The notes beneath the pieces were generated by a model. That model saw only the letters and a list, made by a program, of their open reading frames with translations. It was not told the DNA's origin and did not search any database. The translations under genes and the position numbers were made by a program. A stretch of 64,000 bases of DNA from an uncultured Gemmatimonadaceae bacterium. Its GTDB lineage: Bacteria > Gemmatimonadota > Gemmatimonadetes > Gemmatimonadales > Gemmatimonadaceae. Position 1 is the stretch's first letter, and each line of letters opens with the position of its first letter. Positions 12,658-21,846 of the stretch are shown one piece after another. The stretch lies in the NCBI GenBank assembly GCA_963822945.1, contig CAWGJO010000026.1, positions 124,518 through 188,517 on the forward strand, in the 5' to 3' direction.

Positions 12658-13847
12658 TGCCGTTCTATCACTCGCTCGGCGAGATCCCGCGCAAGCGACA
12701 CACCGTGTTCCGCAAGACCGACGGCGGGCTGTACGCCGAGGAACTGCGCGGGCACGAGGGCTTTTCGGGCACGTCGGCGCTCCTGTACCACACGTATCCG
12801 CCCACCACCGTGAAGGCCGTCAAGCGGCTGCGCGAGATGACGTACGAACGCGATCCCGACCACACGCTCAAGCACCGGCACTTCCGCACGTCGCGCGTGA
12901 AGCCGCATGGCAGTCCGACGCTCGACCGCACGCCGCTGCTGTTCAATCGGGACATCGCCATGCTGTACGTGGAGCCCACCCGGCGCGACGAGCACTTCTA
13001 CCGCAATGCCCAGGGCGACGAGGTGGTGTACGTCGCCAAGGGGAGCGGGGTCCTCGAAACGGAATTCGGTGACCTGCCGTTCGGGGAAGGCGACTACCTG
13101 GTGATCCACCGCGGCATCATGCACCGCTACCAGTTGAACACCGGCGAGCAGCCGAAGCTGCTCGTCTTCGAGAGCCGGGGCCACGTGCGCACCCCGGCGC
13201 GCTACCGGAACGAGTTCGGCCAGCTCAAAGAGGGCGCGCCGTATTCCGAGCGCGACATCCGGATTCCGCAGGAACTGCGCACGCACGACGAGAAGGGCGA
13301 CTTCCCACTGCTCGTCAAGCAGTACAACGGCCTCAACGAATACATCATCGACCACCATCCGCTCGATGTCGTGGGGTGGGACGGCTACTTCTATCCGTGG
13401 GCGTTCAACATCCGCGACTTCGAGCCGATCGTGGGCCGCGTGCACCAGCCACCACCGGTGCACCAGACCTTCGAAGGCGACGGGTTCGTCATCTGCTCCT
13501 TCTGTCCCCGCCCGTACGACTTCGATCCCAACTCGATTCCTGCGCCGTACAACCACAGCAACGTGGATTCCGACGAGGTGCTGTACTACGCCTCCAGCGA
13601 ATTCATGAGCCGCAAGGGCATCGAGTTCGGCAGTATCACGCACCACCCCGACGGGATCCCCCATGGACCCCACCCGGGTCGCGCCGAAGCCTCGATCGGC
13701 GCCAAGCACACCGACGAACTCGCCGTGATGATGGACAGCTTCCGTCCGCTCACGGTGGCCAAAGCCGCGCTCCCCATCGAGGATCCCGAGTACTACAAGA
13801 GCTGGCTCGACGACCAGCACGCGGCCTTCAATCCACCCACTTCCTGA
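12657..13847 (+). CDS. hmgA: Homogentisate 1,2-dioxygenase
   Basis: IPRKRH, HHPLDVVGWDG, HQPPPVHQTF, PYNHSNVDSDE and HGPHPG motifs; TGATG coupling to hppD. Confidence 0.95.
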   Translation: MPFYHSLGEIPRKRHTVFRKTDGGLYAEELRGHEGFSGTSALLYHTYPPTTVKAVKRLREMTYERDPDHTLKHRHFRTSRVKPHGSPTLDRTPLLFNRDIAMLYVEPTRRDEHFYRNAQGDEVVYVAKGSGVLETEFGDLPFGEGDYLVIHRGIMHRYQLNTGEQPKLLVFESRGHVRTPARYRNEFGQLKEGAPYSERDIRIPQELRTHDEKGDFPLLVKQYNGLNEYIIDHHPLDVVGWDGYFYPWAFNIRDFEPIVGRVHQPPPVHQTFEGDGFVICSFCPRPYDFDPNSIPAPYNHSNVDSDEVLYYASSEFMSRKGIEFGSITHHPDGIPHGPHPGRAEASIGAKHTDELAVMMDSFRPLTVAKAALPIEDPEYYKSWLDDQHAAFNPPTS

Positions 13848-13866
13848 CCGACCCCACGGTCGAGAT

Positions 13867-15048
13867 ATGAAAAAGACAATCCTTCAGCCGCCGGCAGCCC
13901 GGGCCATCGTGCCCGAGCTGTCGCAGACGCGGCATCCCGATATCTGGGTCTACCGCTACAACGACGACGCCACCGGATGGACCCTCAGCATCGCCACGCA
14001 CGCCGAGCCGGGCTCCCAGAAGCTCTCGCTCGGCGGTTTTCGTATTGCCCCCGAGTCGCGCGTCAACTCGCCGGGGTTCACCACCGACCACGAAGCCATC
14101 AGTCTGGCCATGGGCATGGAGGAGAAGGTCCACTGGTCGCGCGTCATCAAGGTGGGCGGCCCGCTCACCCTGCGGAACATCACGCGCATCTGCGGCGGCA
14201 AGTGCGTGCTCCAGCCCACCCCGGGCGCACGCGTGGGCGAGCCCGGTGACGCGGCGCTGCTCAACTGGGCCGTCGACTGCTTCAAGGACGTGGAGGCGAT
14301 CGGCGGGTTCTACCTCACCACGGGACAGGACCTCGGCCACGGCCTCATGGCCGACGGCAAGACGCAGTCGCTCCGGTATCTCAACGACCGGTACAAGGGG
14401 AGCGTGGTGGCCGACACCTCCAAACCCACGGGGGAAGGGAACTACCAGCTCCTCAAGGGCATGCTGCGGGCGCTCGGCGTCGATCTCAAGGACGCGACCG
14501 TCGGCCTGGTGGGCGCAGGGCACATCGGCATGTACATGATCGACCGCCTGCGCTCGGACGGTGCGACGCTGCTCGTGGCCGAGGCGCGCGCCGACCGCCG
14601 CCGCGAGTTGGAGGCCGCCGGCATCAAGACCTGGGGCGCCGAAGACGAACATGCCTTCATGGCCCTGCCCATGGACGCCCTGGTCGTCAACGCCGCCGGC
14701 GGCACGCTCGATCCGGAGGCCGTGACGGCCATCTGCGGCAACGCCCGCGTCAAGGTGGTGTGTGGCTCGGAGAACCTCGTGATGCCGGAGCCCGGGGACG
14801 CCGACCGGTTGCGCGATGCGGGCAAGGTGTACGCCCCCACCGAACTGGGTGGGATGATGGGCTATCTCACGGCGGCCGAGGAGTACCTGTCGCATCTGGA
14901 GCGACAGGCGTTCGACGTGCAGGTGCTGCTCGAGGCGGCGAAGCGCCTCGACACGGCGGGGTTCGAGGCCACGGCCCGCGTGAAGGCCGGCGGGTTCAAG
15001 GAGTCGTTCGAGGACGCGGTGCTGGGGCTGTACGGCGACGTGTCATGA
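13867..15048 (+). CDS. Divergent Glu/Leu/Phe/Val dehydrogenase family protein (candidate Phe/Tyr dehydrogenase)
   Basis: SLGGFR, LAMGMEEK, GGKCVL, TGQDLG, SKPTGEG, Rossmann GAGHIG and GSEN motifs follow the LeuDH/PheDH motif order; directly downstream of hppD-hmgA. Confidence 0.75.
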   Translation: MKKTILQPPAARAIVPELSQTRHPDIWVYRYNDDATGWTLSIATHAEPGSQKLSLGGFRIAPESRVNSPGFTTDHEAISLAMGMEEKVHWSRVIKVGGPLTLRNITRICGGKCVLQPTPGARVGEPGDAALLNWAVDCFKDVEAIGGFYLTTGQDLGHGLMADGKTQSLRYLNDRYKGSVVADTSKPTGEGNYQLLKGMLRALGVDLKDATVGLVGAGHIGMYMIDRLRSDGATLLVAEARADRRRELEAAGIKTWGAEDEHAFMALPMDALVVNAAGGTLDPEAVTAICGNARVKVVCGSENLVMPEPGDADRLRDAGKVYAPTELGGMMGYLTAAEEYLSHLERQAFDVQVLLEAAKRLDTAGFEATARVKAGGFKESFEDAVLGLYGDVS

Positions 15049-15083
15049 CGGACTGAGCTCGTCGGGCAGCAGCATGTGCGGCA

Positions 15084-15112
15084 TTGACAGGGGGGCGCCG
15101 GCGAGCCACGAT
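15084..15112 (+). promoter_or_regulatory. Candidate sigma70 promoter
   Basis: TTGACA (15084-15089), 17-nt spacer, CACGAT (15107-15112). Confidence 0.4.
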
Positions 15113-15137
15113 TGGCGGAGCGACCCACCGGGGACAT

Positions 15138-15938
15138 ATGGAATCGCCAATGGAACACGCCCTGCGCGGCGTCGCGGTGGGCACCGCGCTGATGATCGCG
15201 GCGTTCGCCCCGATGCCGATGGGGGCGCAGCAGCAACCTCGCGTGCATGGGCACGTCGTCGACGACCGCGGCCAGCCGGTGACGAATGCCTACGTGCAGG
15301 TGCTACCGGTCGGGCCCGAGGCGATCACCGACCGGGCCGGCGCGTTCGACCTCGGGTCGCTCGACCCTGGGCGCTACCGAGTTCGGGTCCGGCGGCTCGG
15401 GTTCCGCCCGGTGAAGGTCAACCTCGTGGTGCCCATGACGCGGCCCGATCTCACGGTGACGATGGCACCCGTCCCGACGCTCCTCGATACCGTCCGGGCC
15501 CACGCGCTCGAGCAGCAGCTGCCGCGGGTATTCGAACGTCAGCGAGAACACCTTGGCGGGCTGGTATTCGGGCGGGAGTTGATGAAGGAACATCCGGGAC
15601 TGTCCATTGATGAAATTCTGCAGACCGACAGCGCCGTCAATCCCTTCCTGCGAGGATCGGGGTTTCCGGAATGCCACCCCATCGTGTACATCGACGGCAA
15701 GCCTATGCCGCGGCCAATGTTGTCCGGGTCACCTTTCGACCGGATGCGCACGATCATTCCTGACCTCCACATCCGCAACGTGGTGAATATTCACGATGTG
15801 GCGGCAATCGAGGTCTTCCGCTTCGCTGCCGGGAAGATCTACGAGCCGTGGATTGGGCCCGATGCCGGGGAGACCTGCAGCCCGCTCATTCTCATCTGGA
15901 TGAAGGGCTACAAGCAGCGTCCGTATAAGGGCCCGTAA
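15138..15938 (+). CDS. Secreted protein with a carboxypeptidase-regulatory-like domain and a C-terminal TonB-plug-like domain
   Basis: Signal peptide; GHVVDDRGQPVTNA, TDRAGAF and GRYRVRVRRLGFRP; C-terminal IVYIDG...DVAAIEVF...LILIWMK. Confidence 0.65.
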   Translation: MESPMEHALRGVAVGTALMIAAFAPMPMGAQQQPRVHGHVVDDRGQPVTNAYVQVLPVGPEAITDRAGAFDLGSLDPGRYRVRVRRLGFRPVKVNLVVPMTRPDLTVTMAPVPTLLDTVRAHALEQQLPRVFERQREHLGGLVFGRELMKEHPGLSIDEILQTDSAVNPFLRGSGFPECHPIVYIDGKPMPRPMLSGSPFDRMRTIIPDLHIRNVVNIHDVAAIEVFRFAAGKIYEPWIGPDAGETCSPLILIWMKGYKQRPYKGP

Positions 15939-15945
15939 TCTCCCG

Positions 15946-16731
15946 CTACTTCCGCTTGAACTTCGCGATCGCCTTTCGCGTGAACTCCGAGAGCACGAGC
16001 GTTCCGCTCATCTCCGCGCGCTCCGTGAGCAGCAGATCCCACTCCTCGGTCCCGGCCCAGAACACCTGCTTGAGCTGCCCCATCGCTTCCGGGTTGGACT
16101 TGGCGAGTGTAGCGGCGAGCGCGTCGATCGCGTCGTCCAACTCCGACGGATCGTGGTAGATGCGTGAGTAGAGCCCGTGCCGCTCGCACCAGGCGGCGTC
16201 ACGCCAGTCGGCGTCGACCGCCATCGCACTGAACGCGGCGAGCCCGATCTTGCGCTCGATGGCCGGACCCACCACGAACGGGCCGATCCCCACCGCCAGC
16301 TCGCTCAGCTTGGCCGACGCCGCGCCCACGGCCATGCTGAAGTCCGACGCCGCGACGAGCCCCACGCCGCCGCCGGCGACCTTGCCGTGCACGCGTGTCA
16401 CGATGAACTTCGGCGCCCGGATCATCGCCAGCACCACGTGCGCGAATCCACTGAAGAATTCCTTGCCGACCTCCGGATCGTCGATGGCCGCCAGCTCGTC
16501 GAACGAGGCGCCGGCGCAGAACGCGCCCGTGCCCTCGCTTCGCAATACGATCACCCGTGCCTTGGGGTCCGCGCCGGCGGCGCCAATCTGCGCCGCCAGC
16601 AGCTTCAGCAGCGAGCCGGGCATCGAGTTGCCCTTGGGGTGACCGAAGGTGACGGTCGCGATGCCGTCGGCGATCTCCATCATCACGTCGCCGGAAGTCC
16701 CCACGGCGCTGTTGGTTCGGTGGGTCGTCAC
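15946..16731 (-). CDS. Enoyl-CoA hydratase/isomerase (crotonase; methylglutaconyl-CoA hydratase-like)
   Basis: [26 protein letters not shown] and [10 protein letters not shown] motifs; SD AAGGAGGAGG before GTG 16731. Confidence 0.88.
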   Translation of the reverse strand: MTTHRTNSAVGTSGDVMMEIADGIATVTFGHPKGNSMPGSLLKLLAAQIGAAGADPKARVIVLRSEGTGAFCAGASFDELAAIDDPEVGKEFFSGFAHVVLAMIRAPKFIVTRVHGKVAGGGVGLVAASDFSMAVGAASAKLSELAVGIGPFVVGPAIERKIGLAAFSAMAVDADWRDAAWCERHGLYSRIYHDPSELDDAIDALAATLAKSNPEAMGQLKQVFWAGTEEWDLLLTERAEMSGTLVLSEFTRKAIAKFKRK

Positions 16732-16873
16732 GCCAGATACCCTCCTCCTTCGATTGTCCAATGTCAAGGCGTCCAGTAGATTCAAGTTAAACGCGGCCAA
16801 TCGTTTGGGGGCTATCGGGCTTCGCCCGACGGCCCGTCCGACCCGTCTCGCCCCGTACTCGTCGGAGTGTTGC

Positions 16874-17842
16874 ATGGAGCAGAAACCGCAGGCCACCCCC
16901 GAGGATCCCGCCAAGCTCGCCGAATTCCAGGCGCGCATCGATGCCGGGGAGTCCATCGAGCCCAAGGACTGGATGCCCGAGCGCTACCGCCGGCAGCTCG
17001 TGCGCATGATGTCGCAGCACGCGCACTCGGAGATCGTCGGTATGCTGCCCGAGGGCAACTGGATCACGCGCGCCCCGAGCCTGCGCCGCAAGATGTCGCT
17101 CATCGCCAAGGTGCAGGACGAAGCGGGGCACGGCCTCTACATCTACTGCGGCACCGAGACGCTGGGCGTCGACCGCGCGGAGCTGGTGGACCAGCTGCTG
17201 GACGGCCGCGCCAAGTACTCCAGCATCTTCAACTATCCCACGCTCTCCTGGGCCGACATGGGCGTGATCGGCTGGCTCGTGGACGGCGCCGCCATCGTGA
17301 ACCAGACCGTGCTGGCCAAGGCATCCTACGGCCCGTACGCCCGTGCCATGATCCGCATCTGCAAGGAAGAGAACTTCCACAAACGGCAGGGCTACGAGAT
17401 CGTCGCCACCCTGGCCAACGGCACTCCCGCGCAGAAGGCGATGGTTCAGGATTCCGTCAATCGCTGGTGGTGGCCCTCGCTCATGATGTTCGGCCCCAGC
17501 GACAAGGACTCGCCCAACTCGGCGGAGTTGCTGCGCTGGAAGGTGAAGCACAAGACGAACGACGAGCTGCGCCAGCGGTTCGTGAATCTCACGGTGCCGC
17601 AGGCCATTGCCGTCAACCTCACGCTTCCCGATCCCGATCTCACGTATAATGAGGAGACCAAGGACTGGGAATTCGGGGAGATCGACTGGGCCGAGTTCTA
17701 CCGGGTGATCAAGGGCAATGGGCCGTGCAACCGCGAGCGGCTCCAGGCCCGCCAAGATGCCCACGAGAACGGCCGCTGGGTGCGCGATGCCGCCGCGGCA
17801 TATGCGGCCAAGCATCACGCGACTTCCACCGCCGCCGCCTGA
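16874..17842 (+). CDS. paaA: 1,2-phenylacetyl-CoA epoxidase subunit A
   Basis: [43 protein letters not shown] and RWWWP motifs. Confidence 0.97.
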   Translation: MEQKPQATPEDPAKLAEFQARIDAGESIEPKDWMPERYRRQLVRMMSQHAHSEIVGMLPEGNWITRAPSLRRKMSLIAKVQDEAGHGLYIYCGTETLGVDRAELVDQLLDGRAKYSSIFNYPTLSWADMGVIGWLVDGAAIVNQTVLAKASYGPYARAMIRICKEENFHKRQGYEIVATLANGTPAQKAMVQDSVNRWWWPSLMMFGPSDKDSPNSAELLRWKVKHKTNDELRQRFVNLTVPQAIAVNLTLPDPDLTYNEETKDWEFGEIDWAEFYRVIKGNGPCNRERLQARQDAHENGRWVRDAAAAYAAKHHATSTAAA

Positions 17843-17854
17843 CCACGGACTCCA

Positions 17855-18169
17855 ATGGCCAACGAATCCAGGACCGCGCCGACCGACGACACCCAGTGGC
17901 CCCTCTGGGAAGTGTTCACGCAGAGCAAGCAGGGCGCGCCGCACGAGCACGCGGGGAGCGTGCACGCGGCCGACGCCGAACAGGCGCTCCAGAACGCGCG
18001 CGACGTCTACGCGCGCCGCGGAGAGGCGATCAGCCTCTGGGTCGTGCCCTCCGACGCGATCGTCGCGTCGACGCCCGGCGACGCGGGCCCGTTCTTCGAT
18101 CCCGGCAACGACAAGGCCTACCGGCACCCGCAGTTCTACAAGGTGCCGCGCGGGGTGCGCGGGCTGTGA
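17855..18169 (+). CDS. paaB: 1,2-phenylacetyl-CoA epoxidase subunit B
   Basis: WPLWEVF, HAGSVHAAD, ARDVYARR, SLWVV and DKAYRHP motifs. Confidence 0.96.
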   Translation: MANESRTAPTDDTQWPLWEVFTQSKQGAPHEHAGSVHAADAEQALQNARDVYARRGEAISLWVVPSDAIVASTPGDAGPFFDPGNDKAYRHPQFYKVPRGVRGL

Positions 18170-18957
18170 CCGCACCCAACGTTGCCGCGCCTCGTGAGAC
18201 GCCCGTCGCCAATCCGCTCTTCGAATACGTCCTGCGGATCGCCGACGACCGGCTGGTCCTCGGCCATCGCCTGTCCGAATGGTGTGGGCACGGTCCGATC
18301 CTCGAAGAGGACATCGCGCTCTCCAACGTCGCGCTCGATCTCGTGGGACAGGCGTCGGCGCTGCTCGCGCTGGCCGGGCGCGTGGAGGGGAAGGGACGGG
18401 ACGAGGATGCGCTCGCCTACTTCCGCGACGAACGTGAGTTCCGCAATGCTCTGCTGGTCGAACAGCCGAACGGCGACTTCGCCGATACGATCGTCCGCCA
18501 GTTCCTCTTCGACGCCTGGAGCGTGCTCTACCTCGATGCGCTCAGGACATGCGGGCATGCGGAGCTCGCGGCGCTCGCCGCCAAGTCGCTCAAGGAGGAC
18601 ACGTATCACCTGCGCCACAGCAGCGAGTGGGTGCTGCGGCTGGGCGACGGCACCGGCGAGAGTCACGCGCGGGCGCAGCGCGCGCTCGACGGCCTGTGGC
18701 GCTTCTCCGGCGAGTTGTTCGCGTCCGACGCGATCGACGAGGCCGTCGCTGCCCAGGGTATCCGCATCGATCACGCCGGCATTAATGCCCGATGGAACGA
18801 GATGGTGGCCGATGTCGTCAGGCGGGCCACGCTGACCCTGCCGGCCGAGCAGTCGATGGCGGACGGCGGGCGCCGCGGCCGGCACTCGGAGCATCTGGGC
18901 CATATGCTGGCCGAGATGCAGATCGTGGCCCGGTCGCACCCCGGAGCCACCTGGTGA
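18166..18957 (+). CDS. paaC: 1,2-phenylacetyl-CoA epoxidase subunit C
   Basis: LGHRLSEWCGHGPILEEDIAL, EQPNGDFA and GRHSEHLGHMLAEMQ...HPGATW; GTGA overlap with paaB. Confidence 0.95.
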   Translation: MTAPNVAAPRETPVANPLFEYVLRIADDRLVLGHRLSEWCGHGPILEEDIALSNVALDLVGQASALLALAGRVEGKGRDEDALAYFRDEREFRNALLVEQPNGDFADTIVRQFLFDAWSVLYLDALRTCGHAELAALAAKSLKEDTYHLRHSSEWVLRLGDGTGESHARAQRALDGLWRFSGELFASDAIDEAVAAQGIRIDHAGINARWNEMVADVVRRATLTLPAEQSMADGGRRGRHSEHLGHMLAEMQIVARSHPGATW

Positions 18958-19454
18958 ACGCGGCCCGCCCGGCCCGCGACGACGTGCTGCGGATCCTCGG
19001 CGAGGTGATGGACCCCGAGGTGCCCGTGCTCAGCGTCGTGGAACTCGGCATCATCCGCGACGTGGACGTCACCGGCGACCGGGTGCAGATCACCATCACG
19101 CCCACGTACTCCGGTTGTCCGGCCATGCGCACCATGGAGCAGGACATGCGCGCCGCGCTCGCTGGGCATGGGATCGGCAACGTCGAATTCCAGACCGTGT
19201 ACTCGCCGGCCTGGACCAGCGACTGGATTCCCGCCGAGGCCAAGGAGAAGCTCCGCCGCTTCGGCATCGCGCCGCCCGCACCTGCGGAGCAGGGGGACTC
19301 ATCACCCTCACCAGGCGCCAGGCGCCGGTCGCCTGTCCGTACTGCGGCTCCACGAATACCGAGCGCCGCAGCGAATTCGGGTCGACGGCGTGCAAGGCGA
19401 TCCACTTTCTGCAACGCCTGCCACCAGCCGTTCGACGAATTCAAGCCGTTCTAG
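18954..19454 (+). CDS. paaD: Phenylacetyl-CoA epoxidase maturation subunit PaaD, with two compensating apparent frameshifts
   Basis: DPEVPVLSVVELG, TPTYSGCPA and PAWTSDW motifs. The Zn-ribbon part VACPYCGS...SEFGSTACKA lies in another frame between ~19296 and ~19408, then CNACHQPFDEFK follows. Confidence 0.9.
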   Translation: MNAARPARDDVLRILGEVMDPEVPVLSVVELGIIRDVDVTGDRVQITITPTYSGCPAMRTMEQDMRAALAGHGIGNVEFQTVYSPAWTSDWIPAEAKEKLRRFGIAPPAPAEQGDSSPSPGARRRSPVRTAAPRIPSAAANSGRRRARRSTFCNACHQPFDEFKPF

Positions 19455-19479
19455 GGCGAGATCTCGGCGCGGCCGTTTC

Positions 19480-19526
19480 ACCACAGAGCACACAGACCAC
19501 GCAGAAACGGCAACTGCCGGAACTGC
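19480..19526. repeat. Degenerate 9-mer tandem repeat in the convergent paaD/E1 spacer
   Basis: ACCACAGAG CACACAGAC CACGCAGAA, followed by GCAACTGC/GGAACTGC. Confidence 0.45.
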
Positions 19527-19540
19527 GATGGAACCGAGCG

Positions 19541-21676
19541 CTACACGGCGAGCAGCTGCTCGATGCGCGCCGCGATCGTCGCGGCGCTGGGCAGCACGGC
19601 GTTCAGCAGCACGGGGTGGTAGGGCATGGGAACGTCCCCGACGGTCAGCCGATCCACCGGGGCATCCAGATACCAGAACGCTTCCCGGGCTACCGTCGCC
19701 GCGATCTCGGCGCCGAAGCCGGCGGTCTGTGTGTCCTCATGCACGATCAGGCACCGGCCCGTACGCTGCACCGACTCCAACACGGCCTCGCGATCCCACG
19801 GCGCGATCGTTCGGAGGTCGAGCAGGTCCACGCCGGTGGCCGCCCCCAGCTGGTCGGCGGCGTCGATGCACCGCAGCGCCATCGCGCCCCAACTCACCAC
19901 CGTGATCCGGTCTCCCTGCCGCACCCGGCTGGCCTTGCCGAACGGAATCACGTAGTCGTCGCCCGGATAGCGGGCGCTTCCGTCGCTCGTCATGAGCAGC
20001 GACCGGTGCTCGAAGAAGATCGTCGGGTTGCGTCCCCGCATGGCGGACCGCAGGAGCCCCACGGCATCGGCGGCATTCGACGGCATCGCCAGCTGCCACC
20101 CGATGGCGTGCGCGAACCGCACCTCGTCGCTCAGGCTGTGCCACGGGTCGCCCACGTCCTTGCCGAATCCCCCCGGCATCCGGACCACGATCGGCGCCGC
20201 GAACTGGTTGTTCGTCCGCCACCGCATGGTGCCGCAGTTGTTGAGCTGCTCCGTGGCAGGGTCGGCGTACTTGCGGAACTGGATCTCGGCCACCGGCATC
20301 AATCCCGCCACCGCCATGCCGACGGCGCGGCCGATGATCCCCTCCTCCGACAGGCTGGTGTCGAAGACGCGCTCGGCTCCGAACTTCTTCTGGAGCCCTT
20401 CGGTGACCAGGTGCACGCCGCCCTTGCGCCCCACATCCTCGCCGAACACCAGCACCTTGGGATTCCGCCCCAGCTCCGTGCGCAGTGTGCGGCGCACCGC
20501 CTCGGCCAGCCGCAGCATGTCGCCGTCCGCGGCCGGCGTCTCGCCGCCGTCCAGCGCCGCGAGTTCCGCGTCGGTGAGCCCACCGATCGTTTCCGCGTCG
20601 CCGGCCGCACGCGGCTCGGCGTACAGGAACCGCTTCACCGTTGCCGCCTCGGGCGCGGGACGCGCCCGCGCACCCTGAAGCGCCTTGTCCACGTCGCGGG
20701 CGACCTCGGCCTCCAACTCCGCCCAGTCGGCCTTGGACATGAACGCCGGCACGAGATAGTCGCGCAGCCGCGGCAGCGGATCGCGCTTGGCGTCGGCGGC
20801 GATCTCGGCCGCCGTACGGTAGCCCTTCTGATTGTCGGGTCCGGAGTGACTGCACAGGCGCGGGACGGTCAGCCGGATCAGCGCCGGTCCCTTGCCGGCC
20901 CGCACGTGATCCACCACTTCCTTGAGCAGGCGCGACGCCTGGTCGGGGTCGGTGCCGTCGCCGTCGCGAATGAACAGATTCCCGAACGACGCCAGATTGG
21001 CCGCGATGTCGCTGCCGGGCGTCTGCATGTCACTGGTGACCGAGATGCCCAGGCCGTTGTCCTCGATGTAGAAGAGCATCGGGAGCTTGAGCGTCGTCGC
21101 CATCGTGAGCGCCGACCAGAAGCCATTGGTCGCCACCGACGCCTCGCCGCCCAGCGCCACGCTCATCGAGCCGGCGTAGGACTCGTCCTCCAGCGTGTCG
21201 CGGTAATAGGTGATGGCCTGCGCCCACCCGGCGGATGGCGTGTACTGCGAGCCCACGTCGCCCGACATCGGCAGTACGATCACGCCGTCGCGCCGCGGCA
21301 GGTTGCACACCACGCCGATGTCGCGGCCATCGCTGAAGCCGCCCGAGCGGCCCAGCGGACTGGCCAGCGCATCCTCGATGCTCAGACCGACCGACAGGAG
21401 CAGGGGCCGCGACCGGTAGTACGCCCCCGCCGCGTCGTGCCGCCCCGTGAGCAGCGAGCCAAGGATCGCCTGCGCCATGTCGTGCCCCCGCGCCGAGAAC
21501 TGGTAGAGCACCAGATGGTCCTTCGGCACCGACGCGCGGTTCTTGTTGGTGGTCTCCTCCGCGTCGTCCAGCGCACGCGAGACGAGCGTGTGATAGGCGA
21601 TCCGGCGCCAGTCGAAGGCGGCGTTCACGGCCGCGGAGCGGCGGGCGGGCGACTTGGAGGGCGACTTCCTGGGCAT
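19541..21676 (-). CDS. ThDP-dependent 2-oxoacid dehydrogenase E1, fused alpha+beta (branched-chain/aromatic type)
   Basis: Alpha part: SARGHD, GEASVAT...IEDNG ThDP motif, RLCSHS. Beta part: FGEDVG, RVFDTSLSEEGI, AEIQF, WHS, FFEHR, DLRTIAPWD, HED. Confidence 0.9.
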   Translation of the reverse strand: MPRKSPSKSPARRSAAVNAAFDWRRIAYHTLVSRALDDAEETTNKNRASVPKDHLVLYQFSARGHDMAQAILGSLLTGRHDAAGAYYRSRPLLLSVGLSIEDALASPLGRSGGFSDGRDIGVVCNLPRRDGVIVLPMSGDVGSQYTPSAGWAQAITYYRDTLEDESYAGSMSVALGGEASVATNGFWSALTMATTLKLPMLFYIEDNGLGISVTSDMQTPGSDIAANLASFGNLFIRDGDGTDPDQASRLLKEVVDHVRAGKGPALIRLTVPRLCSHSGPDNQKGYRTAAEIAADAKRDPLPRLRDYLVPAFMSKADWAELEAEVARDVDKALQGARARPAPEAATVKRFLYAEPRAAGDAETIGGLTDAELAALDGGETPAADGDMLRLAEAVRRTLRTELGRNPKVLVFGEDVGRKGGVHLVTEGLQKKFGAERVFDTSLSEEGIIGRAVGMAVAGLMPVAEIQFRKYADPATEQLNNCGTMRWRTNNQFAAPIVVRMPGGFGKDVGDPWHSLSDEVRFAHAIGWQLAMPSNAADAVGLLRSAMRGRNPTIFFEHRSLLMTSDGSARYPGDDYVIPFGKASRVRQGDRITVVSWGAMALRCIDAADQLGAATGVDLLDLRTIAPWDREAVLESVQRTGRCLIVHEDTQTAGFGAEIAATVAREAFWYLDAPVDRLTVGDVPMPYHPVLLNAVLPSAATIAARIEQLLAV

Positions 21677-21846
21677 CGTACCTCGACCATTGACGGCACG
21701 GGATGAGATCGGGACGCGGGGCCCCGCGGAATTCCGCTCTGCAATCTGGCCACGGGGCCGCCGGAATGGGAGAGTCGGGTGCGCGGCAACCCCCGAATCG
21801 CGTATCTTTCCCGTCGCTGGCGCACCCCCGAGTCGCGAGGACGTGA

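Noticed and set aside
19115..21706. 863-aa plus-strand ORF as a gene
   Set aside because: Only its short CPYCGS segment is meaningful (frameshifted paaD). The rest is antisense shadow of the E1 gene.
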